Of a stretch of DNA of 64,000 nucleotides, positions 46,260 to 54,429 are shown one piece after another. The translations under genes were made by a program, and so were the position numbers. Source of the stretch: an uncultured Anaeroplasmataceae bacterium (GTDB lineage Bacteria; Bacillota_I; Bacilli_A; Acholeplasmatales; Anaeroplasmataceae); the NCBI GenBank assembly GCA_910577745.1, contig CAJTNG010000001.1, forward strand, positions 224,346 to 288,345, given 5' to 3'. Numbering within the stretch: position 1 is the first letter of the stretch; every line of letters begins with the position of its first letter. Under the pieces are notes generated by a model, which worked only from the letters and a program-made list of their open reading frames with translations, was not told where the DNA came from and did no database searches.

Positions 46260-47156
46260 ATGAAGAGAAGAGTGTTTGGTTTAGCTGTTGTTTTGATTGG
46301 TGTCTTATCGCTTTGTGCTTGTAAAGAGGCAGAGGAACCTGAATTAAGTGATATGGATGAATTTATCGCTGGTTTTAAAGCAAAGCATCCTGATGGATAC
46401 CAACTTTCAGATGGTTGGTATGAGGAAACTTTTCATATAACCAATACGAATTATTTTTCTAATCTTGCAAGATATAAACAATTGAAAAGAGAATTTGTAG
46501 GATATTGTAGTTTTACAGATTCAGAAGAATCAGAGTCAGATTCTGTTTCATTCAAAACAAACGATTTTGAGTACAAATCTTTAGAAAGTTATTATTGGAG
46601 AAACGATAAACAAATTGAGAGACGTTCTAATTTTGATGGGGAGAATTATTATTGGTGGGAAACGAAATACGAATATTCATCTTATACGTCATTTCAATTT
46701 ACAGTTACCAAAGCCCCGACGTTATTTACAAATAAAATTAGTGGTTGTTTTGGATACTTTTATTTTTTAGATGAATATAACTATTTACCTGAAATCATTG
46801 CACACCCTACTACCCATACAGCCAGTCATCCTTTTAATACCTATAACTATTTATCCATAAGTGTTACCAATAATGTTATAAAAATAATTAAGGAAAAAAA
46901 TGTGTTAGATTATCGGTTTAACACTTATGTAAGTGAATATTATTTTGATGAAAATTATGAATTAATACGAATAGTAAGAAGTGATCATATAACTTATAAT
47001 ATAGAAACAGGCGGTCAATATATAGATATTGATTGGACATTAGAGAAAACAGAAAAGCGAAATTTAGGTGAATCTATGGAGTATGATCAAGAAGTTGATG
47101 TAGAAGAAGGAGCTTGGATAGCAAGGCATCCTAATTGGTATGACTGGACTCAATGA
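46260..47156 (+). CDS. hypothetical lipoprotein
   Basis: Lipobox LIGVLSLCAC. Tyr/Trp-rich mature part, no recognised domain. Confidence 0.5.
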   Translation: MKRRVFGLAVVLIGVLSLCACKEAEEPELSDMDEFIAGFKAKHPDGYQLSDGWYEETFHITNTNYFSNLARYKQLKREFVGYCSFTDSEESESDSVSFKTNDFEYKSLESYYWRNDKQIERRSNFDGENYYWWETKYEYSSYTSFQFTVTKAPTLFTNKISGCFGYFYFLDEYNYLPEIIAHPTTHTASHPFNTYNYLSISVTNNVIKIIKEKNVLDYRFNTYVSEYYFDENYELIRIVRSDHITYNIETGGQYIDIDWTLEKTEKRNLGESMEYDQEVDVEEGAWIARHPNWYDWTQ

Positions 47157-47191
47157 TGAATAATTAAATAAAAAAATAAAGGGAGTAAATT

Positions 47192-47962
47192 ATGAACATT
47201 TTATTAAGCATAATGTTATCAGGAATTTTAGCGTTAGCAAATGTTGGGGCATCTATGTCCAATGAGGAACAGAGTATGAATTATGCTTCTGAACCTTATG
47301 TGGCAACTATGGCGGAGTATAGATATACGCCATTCCCTTATGAAGGGATAGAATTGATTCATCGATATGAGCCTAATGATACTTGGTCTACTGCGACAAA
47401 TCTTTGCCCTCCTGAGTATTACGAATTAAATTCATATCATACTTATTTGCAAGCTGCTTTGGGTTCTCAATCACATAGCCCAGAATATGACTATTACTAT
47501 TTTACTTTATTAACAGATTGTAATGTAACTGTTCGTGCATGTACTGACAATTGGGAGAATTCCTTTAATTTTTACTTACAGCATTTGACCTATACGCCAG
47601 CTTCAGGAGATAAGGTTTCAAAACGGATGAAATATCTTTATGAGGAAGAAACAACTCAGAAAACCAAGTATTTTAGTTCGACACTTAAAGGTGGTACATA
47701 CTATATTTGTTTTACATACCGTCAACCTGCAAATTATAATGAAGATGTGGAATATGAATTAAATTTATATGTTTCAAAAACTCCAGATGGTAAAGATGCC
47801 AACGTAAGAGATTTAAGAGTTAATAAAGAATTATCTGGTGCTGTGTGGTTGTCAGATTACTTGCCATTGGGAATTGAAAATATCTTTGATCCAACCTTGA
47901 ACGTAGCATACCAAGCAAATAAGACTGAACCAAGCGATGAGACTATTATTTCGTTTGAATGA
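47192..47962 (+). CDS. secreted protein with a pre-peptidase C-terminal (PPC)-like domain and no protease domain
   Basis: Signal peptide. EPNDTWSTATNL...DYYYFTL...GGTYYICF...YELNLYV matches the PPC beta-sandwich pattern. Confidence 0.5.
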   Translation: MNILLSIMLSGILALANVGASMSNEEQSMNYASEPYVATMAEYRYTPFPYEGIELIHRYEPNDTWSTATNLCPPEYYELNSYHTYLQAALGSQSHSPEYDYYYFTLLTDCNVTVRACTDNWENSFNFYLQHLTYTPASGDKVSKRMKYLYEEETTQKTKYFSSTLKGGTYYICFTYRQPANYNEDVEYELNLYVSKTPDGKDANVRDLRVNKELSGAVWLSDYLPLGIENIFDPTLNVAYQANKTEPSDETIISFE

Positions 47963-47992
47963 CAATAATGAGACGAAACAAATTACTACGAA

Positions 47993-48036
47993 TTATTCTC
48001 ACTCATTGCGAACTTTTCGGCAATGAGTGAGAATAA
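47993..48036. repeat. perfect 15-bp (extendable to 17-bp) inverted repeat / hairpin in a 370-nt non-coding gap
   Basis: ATTCTCACTCATTGC (47995-48009) pairs with GCAATGAGTGAGAAT (48020-48034), 10-nt loop. No T-run on either side. Confidence 0.7.
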
Positions 48037-48266
48037 AACAGTGCTTATAGATAGGGGGAGTCTAATCTCTACACCATTTATAGGAGACATCGGGCGATGG
48101 TTTCGTGTGTAAAAATCGGAGTTCAAACGTGTGTCAATTAAAGAGATGGTAGCAGTAGAAGAAATATGATTAAAAATATAAAAGTGTAAATATAAAAAAA
48201 GCTTTTTCAAAGATGATTAGAAAAGGTTTTTTTTGTTGAAGTAACGGATTAAAATATCTTAATACA

Positions 48267-48314
48267 TTGACAACCATCAATATATAATATATAATCCAAT
48301 TGATGTATATCAAT
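48267..48314 (+). promoter_or_regulatory. promoter with candidate ArsR-type operator
   Basis: TTGACA at 48267-48272, 17 nt, TATAAT at 48290-48295. Inverted repeat ATTGAT-GTAT-ATCAAT at 48299-48314 just downstream of the -10, and a third half-site ATCAAT at 48277-48282. Confidence 0.5.
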
Positions 48315-48333
48315 AGGAATGAGAGATGAAAGT

Positions 48334-48606
48334 ATGACAAATGAAGAAATTATAGAAAAGCTAAAAGCCCTTAATGATTTGACTAGACTTCAGATAGTAC
48401 AATTATTATCTAAAAATGAGGTTATGTGCGCCTGCAAAATTTTAAAAGAATTAAATATTACGCAAGGCACTTTATCGCACCATATGAAAATCTTAACCAA
48501 CTGCAAATTATTAGAATGTCGTAAAGATGGGAAATGGTGCTATTATAGGATAAACGAATTAGAGATTTTAGAAGTGTCAAAATATTTAGAAAATTTATGT
48601 GAATAA
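48334..48606 (+). CDS. ArsR/SmtB-family metalloregulator
   Basis: LTRLQIVQLL...EVMCACKILKELNITQGTLSHHMKIL: winged HTH with the CXC pair at the alpha-3 position, as in ELCVCDL of ArsR. Confidence 0.75.
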   Translation: MTNEEIIEKLKALNDLTRLQIVQLLSKNEVMCACKILKELNITQGTLSHHMKILTNCKLLECRKDGKWCYYRINELEILEVSKYLENLCE

Positions 48607-48620
48607 AAGGAGCGAGAAGT

Positions 48621-49193
48621 ATGGATTATAGTTTAGAAGAAAAATATAATTTAATTGTGCAGGGGATAAATGGAGAAATCAGTAAAAATCCTATTCAAAT
48701 TGTAAAAAAAATAATGCATCAACCCTTTATAAATCTTCATGGACCAGAACATCATTTTCTTGATGGTGCTGCTTTTTTAGTAGCATATAAAAATACTGGT
48801 GGAGAAATCGATTTAGAATCTGCACTTGAAGAATTGAAATCCCGTACAATAAAAATGCCAGGAGCAATGTGTGGTTTATGGGGAATCTGCGGTTCTACGA
48901 CTTCTATAGGAGCTGCTTTATCCATAATTCATAGCACAGGACCTCTATCTGGTGATAAGTTTTATAAAGATCATATGGAATATACATCAGGGGTTATACA
49001 AGAAATGAGTAAAATTGGTGGACCTAGATGCTGTAAACGAAATGCCTTTTTATCTATTGATTCTGCTGTGAAATTTGTGAAAAATAATTACGGTATTCTG
49101 ATGGAGATAGAAGATATTACTTGTGAATTCACAGGGTGGAATCTGCAGTGTATTCATACAAAATGTCCATTTTACAATTCTGCACAAAAATGA
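48621..49193 (+). CDS. Cys-rich conserved hypothetical protein (possible metal or Fe-S binding)
   Basis: HGPEHHFLDGAA, PGAMCGLWGICGS, GPRCCKRN, and a C-terminal C-x(10)-C-x(4)-C. AAAGGAG RBS, 14 nt after the arsR-like stop. Confidence 0.5.
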   Translation: MDYSLEEKYNLIVQGINGEISKNPIQIVKKIMHQPFINLHGPEHHFLDGAAFLVAYKNTGGEIDLESALEELKSRTIKMPGAMCGLWGICGSTTSIGAALSIIHSTGPLSGDKFYKDHMEYTSGVIQEMSKIGGPRCCKRNAFLSIDSAVKFVKNNYGILMEIEDITCEFTGWNLQCIHTKCPFYNSAQK

Positions 49194-49211
49194 GGATGAG
49201 GTAGATCTAAA

Positions 49212-49781
49212 ATGATAAATGAAAATCTAAAGGAATGTAGGATCATGGTAAAGGGGAAATCAAATATCGTCCTAGAAACTAAGAGGTTAGTTTTAAGAAG
49301 AATCTGCCAAAATGATTTTGAGGATTTATGCAAGATATTAAAAGATGCAGAAACTATGTGCTACTATGAGGGAGCTTTTAGTGATAGAGAGGTCCAAGAG
49401 TGGCTAGACAGACAAAAATCAAGATATGAAAAATGGGGTTTTGGATTATGGGCAGTCTTGTTAAAAGAGAACCATAAATGGATTGGACAATGTGGATTGA
49501 CGATGCAACCTTGGAAAAATCAAGAAGTTCTAGAAATCGGGTATCTCTTCAATCGTGCTTACTGGCACAATGGTTATGCGACAGAAGCTGCTATGGCATG
49601 TAAGAAATATGCTTTTGAAAAGTTAAACGCTGAAGAGGTATGTTCCATTATCAGAGATATTAATTTGCCCTCTCAGAACGTAGCAATTCGAAATGGAATG
49701 TATGCCGCAGATACCTGGACAAAGCACTATAAAGGTGTGGATATGCCTCATATTCGATATATATGTCGTAGAAGTAAGTAG
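49212..49781 (+). CDS. GNAT N-acetyltransferase (RimJ/RimL-like, Acetyltransf_3 type)
   Basis: ETKRLVLRRICQNDFEDL and YWHNGYATEAAMACKKYAF. Start could be ATG 49245 instead. Confidence 0.65.
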   Translation: MINENLKECRIMVKGKSNIVLETKRLVLRRICQNDFEDLCKILKDAETMCYYEGAFSDREVQEWLDRQKSRYEKWGFGLWAVLLKENHKWIGQCGLTMQPWKNQEVLEIGYLFNRAYWHNGYATEAAMACKKYAFEKLNAEEVCSIIRDINLPSQNVAIRNGMYAADTWTKHYKGVDMPHIRYICRRSK

Positions 49782-49872
49782 TTTTATTGTTTTTAATGAG
49801 AAAGATTTAGCCATCTTTCTTTTTTTGTCGTTTTTCTTATGATATAATTTATATAAAGATGGAGGAAGACTT

Positions 49873-50517
49873 ATGGAGTATCTATGGTTAAAAAACAAGT
49901 ATCAATTAGATGAAAAGGCTCTTATATCTTATGGATTTTCTAAGGATTCCTCTGCATTTATTTTTAAGACTAGCCCCATAGAAAATTTTACTTTTTTGAT
50001 TAAAATCAGTGAAAATGTTTTATCTTTAGATGTGTTTGATGAAGATGGCGAAATCTATATACCATTTACTATTCAGCAGGCACAAGGCGCTTTGGTTTCT
50101 ACATTAAAAAACTTTGCAAATATCCTATTAGAAGATATAATAAAGCATTGTTTCATCCCTATAGATATAAGAAGTAATATTTTAAAATATGTTTGTGAAC
50201 AATATGGAACTCTTCCAGACTATCCTTGGAAGGAATATCAAGAACATGCCACTTTAAAAAATGAAAAAGGGAAATGGTATGGGCTTTTGGCTAAAATTCC
50301 GGCAAAGTGCTTGGGACTGCCATCGAATTCAAAAATTGATATATTAAATGTAAAATTAGCTCCTGAAAAAATAGTACAGTTGATAGACTCTGCCCAATAT
50401 TACGCTGCATATCATATGAATAAAAAATATTGGATGACCATTTTGCTAAATGAAAATACGGATTTGAACATGGTGTATAAGTTACTAGATGAGAGCTATC
50501 AAGCCGTGAATCATTAA
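49873..50517 (+). CDS. MmcQ/YjbR-family protein with N-terminal extension
   Basis: C-terminal PDYPWKEY...WYGLL...AAYHMNKKYWMTILLN matches the YjbR pattern. GGAGG RBS. Confidence 0.55.
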   Translation: MEYLWLKNKYQLDEKALISYGFSKDSSAFIFKTSPIENFTFLIKISENVLSLDVFDEDGEIYIPFTIQQAQGALVSTLKNFANILLEDIIKHCFIPIDIRSNILKYVCEQYGTLPDYPWKEYQEHATLKNEKGKWYGLLAKIPAKCLGLPSNSKIDILNVKLAPEKIVQLIDSAQYYAAYHMNKKYWMTILLNENTDLNMVYKLLDESYQAVNH

Positions 50518-50534
50518 AAGAGGAGAGGATAAGA

Positions 50535-51017
50535 ATGAAAACAATATATGAATCCAAAATCGGAAGCTTGCTTTTGGAAAGTGATGGGGACGCTATCCTC
50601 GGAATAAGTTTTATAAAGGAGTATCCTACGGAAAATCTTGTGCCATTAACACATCCAGCTTTTCAGGAAATAGTGCGATGGTTAGATATCTATTTTGATG
50701 GAAAATGTCCAGAGTTTACGCCTGTTTTTAAGGTGAACGGGCTTACTCCTTTTCGTAAAAAAGTAGTAGATATTTTATTAGAAATTCCTTATGCTACAAC
50801 CCTGACGTATAAGGAGATTGCCATGAAAATTGCAAAAGATATGGGAATCTCTAAAATGTCTGCGCAAGCGGTTGGTGGTGCTGTAGGCTGGAACCCTATT
50901 GGAATCCTAATTCCTTGTCATAGAGTCATAGGCAGCAATGGCAGTTTGACTGGCTATGCAGGAGGACTAGCGAATAAGGAGGCTTTACTCAAACTTGAAG
51001 GTATAAAGCTCCACTGA
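50535..51017 (+). CDS. ogt: methylated-DNA--protein-cysteine methyltransferase
   Basis: LTPFRKKV, TLTYKEIA and the active site IPCHRVIGSNGSLTGYAGG. Confidence 0.85.
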   Translation: MKTIYESKIGSLLLESDGDAILGISFIKEYPTENLVPLTHPAFQEIVRWLDIYFDGKCPEFTPVFKVNGLTPFRKKVVDILLEIPYATTLTYKEIAMKIAKDMGISKMSAQAVGGAVGWNPIGILIPCHRVIGSNGSLTGYAGGLANKEALLKLEGIKLH

Positions 51018-51038
51018 AATTTGTAGGTTTTTGTAGAA

Positions 51039-51067
51039 GAATCCTTGTGAAAAAAAGGATTTATTTC
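51039..51067 (+). terminator. weak terminator after ogt
   Basis: AATCCTT pairs with AAGGATT. The U-tract is poor. Confidence 0.35.
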
Positions 51068-51121
51068 AGGTAATATAGGTATGTCTTGTTTCCTTGTCTA
51101 GATGAAATCCGTATTTTTTTC

Positions 51122-51150
51122 TTGAATATATCCTTATTTTGTTTTATAAT
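51122..51150 (+). promoter_or_regulatory. promoter in front of the FakA-like mini-ORF
   Basis: TTGAAT at 51122-51127, 17-nt spacer, TATAAT at 51145-51150. Confidence 0.5.
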
Positions 51151-51176
51151 TTAGACAAAGAAAGAAGGATTAAACT

Positions 51177-51428
51177 ATGTTAGAATTTAAATTTGATACA
51201 CAATTGTTAATTGCAGGACATGACTTAGACGAGGATACAATCTCTGATTATATAACAAGTAACATTAAAGGAGATTGTCTTTTAGCCGTAGGAGATGATG
51301 AGTTGATTAAAATTCATTTCCATACAAATACACCTTGGAAAGTATTGGAATATTGTGCAAGTTTAGGAGAAATCCATGACATTGTAATAGAAAATATGGA
51401 AAGACAAACGCAAGGGTTAAAAGGATAA
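51177..51428 (+). CDS. 83-aa stand-alone fragment homologous to the central region of DAK2/FakA (YloV)-type proteins
   Basis: GDCLLAVGDDELIKIHFHTNTPWKVLEYCASLGEIHDIVIENMERQ resembles the GDSLVVVGD...KVHVHTN.PG.VLE....G.L..I.I.NM..Q segment of YloV. No Dak2 domain and no C-terminal domain are present. Confidence 0.5.
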   Translation: MLEFKFDTQLLIAGHDLDEDTISDYITSNIKGDCLLAVGDDELIKIHFHTNTPWKVLEYCASLGEIHDIVIENMERQTQGLKG

Positions 51429-51492
51429 AAATAACAGAGTTAGGCATCGCAATGATGTCTATTCTCTTTTTATAAAGGAAGTGGGTGAGGTT

Positions 51493-52182
51493 ATGGTAAA
51501 GTATTTGAATTGTGATTGCATTAATTCAAAATGCTCAGCAGTTGTCAATCAAATCAATCTTTCAGGAAATATGGATACAAAAAGTGGTTTAGAATTCTCT
51601 GTAAGATATCCTTTGATGCATAATGATTATTTATATCGATTTAAAGAAAATAAATTAAATTTGTATGAATCCTATTTATATGAAGAAGATTCTACTAAAA
51701 TCATCAATATGTTATGCTATGAATCTTATGCTTTTCCCACTAATTTACTCACGATAGAAAATTCATTAAAGTATTTTGTAAACCATTATAAGGAATATGG
51801 AATCACAGAAATTGCATTCCCACTCCTAGGCTGTGATGAGGATGGTCTTAGAATGGTAAGTGTTCTTCCTATGATGGAAAAATATTTAAAGCCACTTCCT
51901 ATTGAATGCTATATCTGTTTTGACATTGATGGACCATCGAATTTAGAATTGCAAATGATTCATGCATTTCAAACCTTTGATTTATTTTATTTGAAAAAAT
52001 ATGCTAAACTAGATGACATACAAATGGCGACTTTAGAAGAAAATAAAAGGAATATTTCTCGTTTTGAAGATATATTCCATTTTCAAGGAATTACCCCTAA
52101 GGTATATCGTCAAATCTTTACATATTATTATAATGCAGAATATAAGCAGTTAGATCCTTTCCATCAAGAATCACTTTTTTAA
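51493..52182 (+). CDS. degenerate macro-domain-like protein with C-terminal helix-hairpin-helix-like tail (uncertain)
   Basis: CDCINSKCSAVVNQINLSGNMDTKSGLEFSVRYP and ITEIAFPLLGCDEDGL parallel the macro motifs (A-x-V-N/H-x-x-N...MG-x-GIA...P and IA-x-P-x-x-G-x-G-x-GG), but the Gly loops are replaced. Confidence 0.35.
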   Translation: MVKYLNCDCINSKCSAVVNQINLSGNMDTKSGLEFSVRYPLMHNDYLYRFKENKLNLYESYLYEEDSTKIINMLCYESYAFPTNLLTIENSLKYFVNHYKEYGITEIAFPLLGCDEDGLRMVSVLPMMEKYLKPLPIECYICFDIDGPSNLELQMIHAFQTFDLFYLKKYAKLDDIQMATLEENKRNISRFEDIFHFQGITPKVYRQIFTYYYNAEYKQLDPFHQESLF

Positions 52183-52288
52183 TTTATTTTAGAAATTCAC
52201 TTGATTACTATCCTATTTAATGTTATACTATTTATACGAAGAAAGAGAGGCAAAAACCTCTCTTATTTATTTGATTGGAGTTGATGAA

Positions 52289-52735
52289 ATGGATCTAAAC
52301 AAGGTAAGTGAACTTTTAAAGCCCTATTTAGAACATGAAGGATTAGAATACTATGATGCCGAACTTGTAAAAGAGGATGGATTTTTAATTCTACGTGTTT
52401 TAATCGATAAAGAGGGTGGTATTGATATAGACTCACTTGCAAGATGCAATGAATTTCTATCAGAGAAACTTGATGCCATAGATTCTGATATGCCAGAATA
52501 TATGTTAGAAGTTTCCTCTCCAGGCGCAGAAAAAGAACTTAGAAATCTTGATGAAATCAAAAAAAATATTGGAAAATACATTCATTTGGAATTACCGAAT
52601 ATGGTTTATGAAGGAAATTTATTAGACGTTAAGGAAGATACCTTAAGTGTTCGGTTTAATGCTAAAGGAAGATTTAGGACAATTGAAATTCCTTATTCAG
52701 AAATAAAATATATAAGATTAGCAGTAAAAATATAG
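52289..52735 (+). CDS. rimP: ribosome maturation factor RimP
   Basis: Position upstream of nusA. LEVSSPGAEKELR motif. ATG 52289 behind GGAG. Confidence 0.8.
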   Translation: MDLNKVSELLKPYLEHEGLEYYDAELVKEDGFLILRVLIDKEGGIDIDSLARCNEFLSEKLDAIDSDMPEYMLEVSSPGAEKELRNLDEIKKNIGKYIHLELPNMVYEGNLLDVKEDTLSVRFNAKGRFRTIEIPYSEIKYIRLAVKI

Positions 52736-52747
52736 GAGGACAAAAAA

Positions 52748-53875
52748 ATGATTAATAAGGATTTTTACAGGTTAGCAGAAGAAGATGCAGAAAGCAGAGG
52801 CTTTAATGTAGACGAAGTTCTAGCTTGTATGGAAAGAGCTTTAATAGGTGCTTTTAAAAAGGAGCATGGAAATACATCCTGTAAAGTGGAATTTAAAAAA
52901 GATAAAAATGAAATTCTTTTATATTCTATTCATAAGGTTGTAGAAGAGTATACAACGTATTCAAAAGAGGAAGATGAAGAAGCAGAAGCTGTAAAAGAAG
53001 AGGTTACGGAACCTCAGTATGCAGAAATGCTACTTTCTGATGCAAAGAAAATCAAAGCTTCTTATAAAGTCGGAGATTTGGTGATTCAGCAGGAAAATCT
53101 TAAAAATTATAGTCGTATGACAATTCTTTCTGCAGGAAACGTTTATAAGCAAGGGGTTCGCACCTTAGAAAGAGAAAAGGCTTATCAATACTTTAAAGAA
53201 TTAGAAAATGAAATGATTAACGCTGAAGTATCTAATATTGGAGATCGTTTCTTAACTTTAAAGCTTGGATTTAATGTAACAACCATTTTACCATTAAATG
53301 AATTGTTGCCGAATGACCATCTAGAAATTGGTGATTTTGTTAAAGTTTACGTGAAGCGTGTAGAACAGACAACAAAGGAGCCTAAGGTTGTAGTTTCTAG
53401 AATTGAAAGAAATTTAGTTACAAGATTAATGGAAAACTATATTCCAGAAATTAAAACTGGTGTAATTGAAATTAAAGGTATTGCTAGAGATCCAGGAGAT
53501 AGAACTAAGATTGCTATCTATTCTAATGATGAAAAAGTAGATGCGATTGGTTCATGTGTAGGAGAAGGTGGATCTCGTATACGTGAGATTGTAAATGCTT
53601 TAGGTGGAGAAAAAGTAGATTTATATAAATGGAGCGAAGATCCAGAAGAACTTATTGCAAATTCATTACAACCAGCTTCTGTAACGAAAGTATTAAACAT
53701 AGATGTCAAGAATAAGACTTCTCAAGTGGTAGTCCCTGATGATCACCTATCTTTAGCCATTGGTAAACAAGGACAAAATGTTCGATTGGCAGTTCAGTCC
53801 TGTGGATGGAAGATCGATATCATGCCAACTTCAGAAGCTTATGAGAAAGGCTTAATTCAAATTTTAGGTCTATAA
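52748..53875 (+). CDS. nusA: transcription termination/antitermination factor NusA
   Basis: S1 and tandem KH domains (GSCVGEGGSRIREI, LAIGKQGQNVRLA). Conserved operon position. Confidence 0.9.
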   Translation: MINKDFYRLAEEDAESRGFNVDEVLACMERALIGAFKKEHGNTSCKVEFKKDKNEILLYSIHKVVEEYTTYSKEEDEEAEAVKEEVTEPQYAEMLLSDAKKIKASYKVGDLVIQQENLKNYSRMTILSAGNVYKQGVRTLEREKAYQYFKELENEMINAEVSNIGDRFLTLKLGFNVTTILPLNELLPNDHLEIGDFVKVYVKRVEQTTKEPKVVVSRIERNLVTRLMENYIPEIKTGVIEIKGIARDPGDRTKIAIYSNDEKVDAIGSCVGEGGSRIREIVNALGGEKVDLYKWSEDPEELIANSLQPASVTKVLNIDVKNKTSQVVVPDDHLSLAIGKQGQNVRLAVQSCGWKIDIMPTSEAYEKGLIQILGL

Positions 53876-53876
53876 G

Positions 53877-54137
53877 ATGAAGGAAAAAAAGTTAGTTTTA
53901 AGAACATGTGTGGCATCTCGTGAGGTCTGTGAGAAAAAAGACTTGTTTCGTATTGTTCGCACACCAGAGCATACCGTACTTGTAGATTTGAAGGGGAAAG
54001 CCAATGGCAGAGGCGCATATTTGAAAAAAGATAGAGACATCATTGGATTAGCTAAAAAAAATAAGGCTTTGGACCGTAAACTAGAAATTGAGGTTCCTGA
54101 AGCAATTTATGAAGAACTCTTAGGATATTTAGAATAA
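53877..54137 (+). CDS. ylxR: YlxR/RnpM family RNA-binding protein (DUF448)
   Basis: RTCVASRE...KKDLFRIV...GRGAYL pattern, directly after nusA. Confidence 0.85.
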   Translation: MKEKKLVLRTCVASREVCEKKDLFRIVRTPEHTVLVDLKGKANGRGAYLKKDRDIIGLAKKNKALDRKLEIEVPEAIYEELLGYLE

Positions 54138-54140
54138 ATT

Positions 54141-54428
54141 ATGGATAAAATACTAAATAATTTAGGACTATGTCAAAGAGCTTCTGGGTTAATCAGCGGA
54201 GAAGAGATGGTTCTTAATGCCATATCTTCTGGGCAAGTATGTTACATCTTTTTAGCAAAAGATGCAAGTGAAGCGAGTAAGAAAAAAATTTTGGATAAGG
54301 CTTTATTTTATAAGGTTGAGATCAATGAAGTCTATACTTCCATAGAATTATCACACGCAATCGGAAAAACAAATCGAATGGTGATCGGAATTATAAATAA
54401 GGGATTTTTAAAAATATTAAAGAAATAA
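54141..54428 (+). CDS. ylxQ: L7Ae-family ribosome-associated protein YlxQ
   Basis: [15 protein letters not shown]...IFLAKDASE pattern, located between ylxR and infB. Confidence 0.75.
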   Translation: MDKILNNLGLCQRASGLISGEEMVLNAISSGQVCYIFLAKDASEASKKKILDKALFYKVEINEVYTSIELSHAIGKTNRMVIGIINKGFLKILKK

Positions 54429-54429
54429 G

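Noticed and set aside
47986-48210. 74-aa minus-strand ORF in the gap before arsR.
   Set aside because: It has a TTG start with no RBS, runs through the 15-bp hairpin, and has a low-complexity sequence. It is more likely non-coding.
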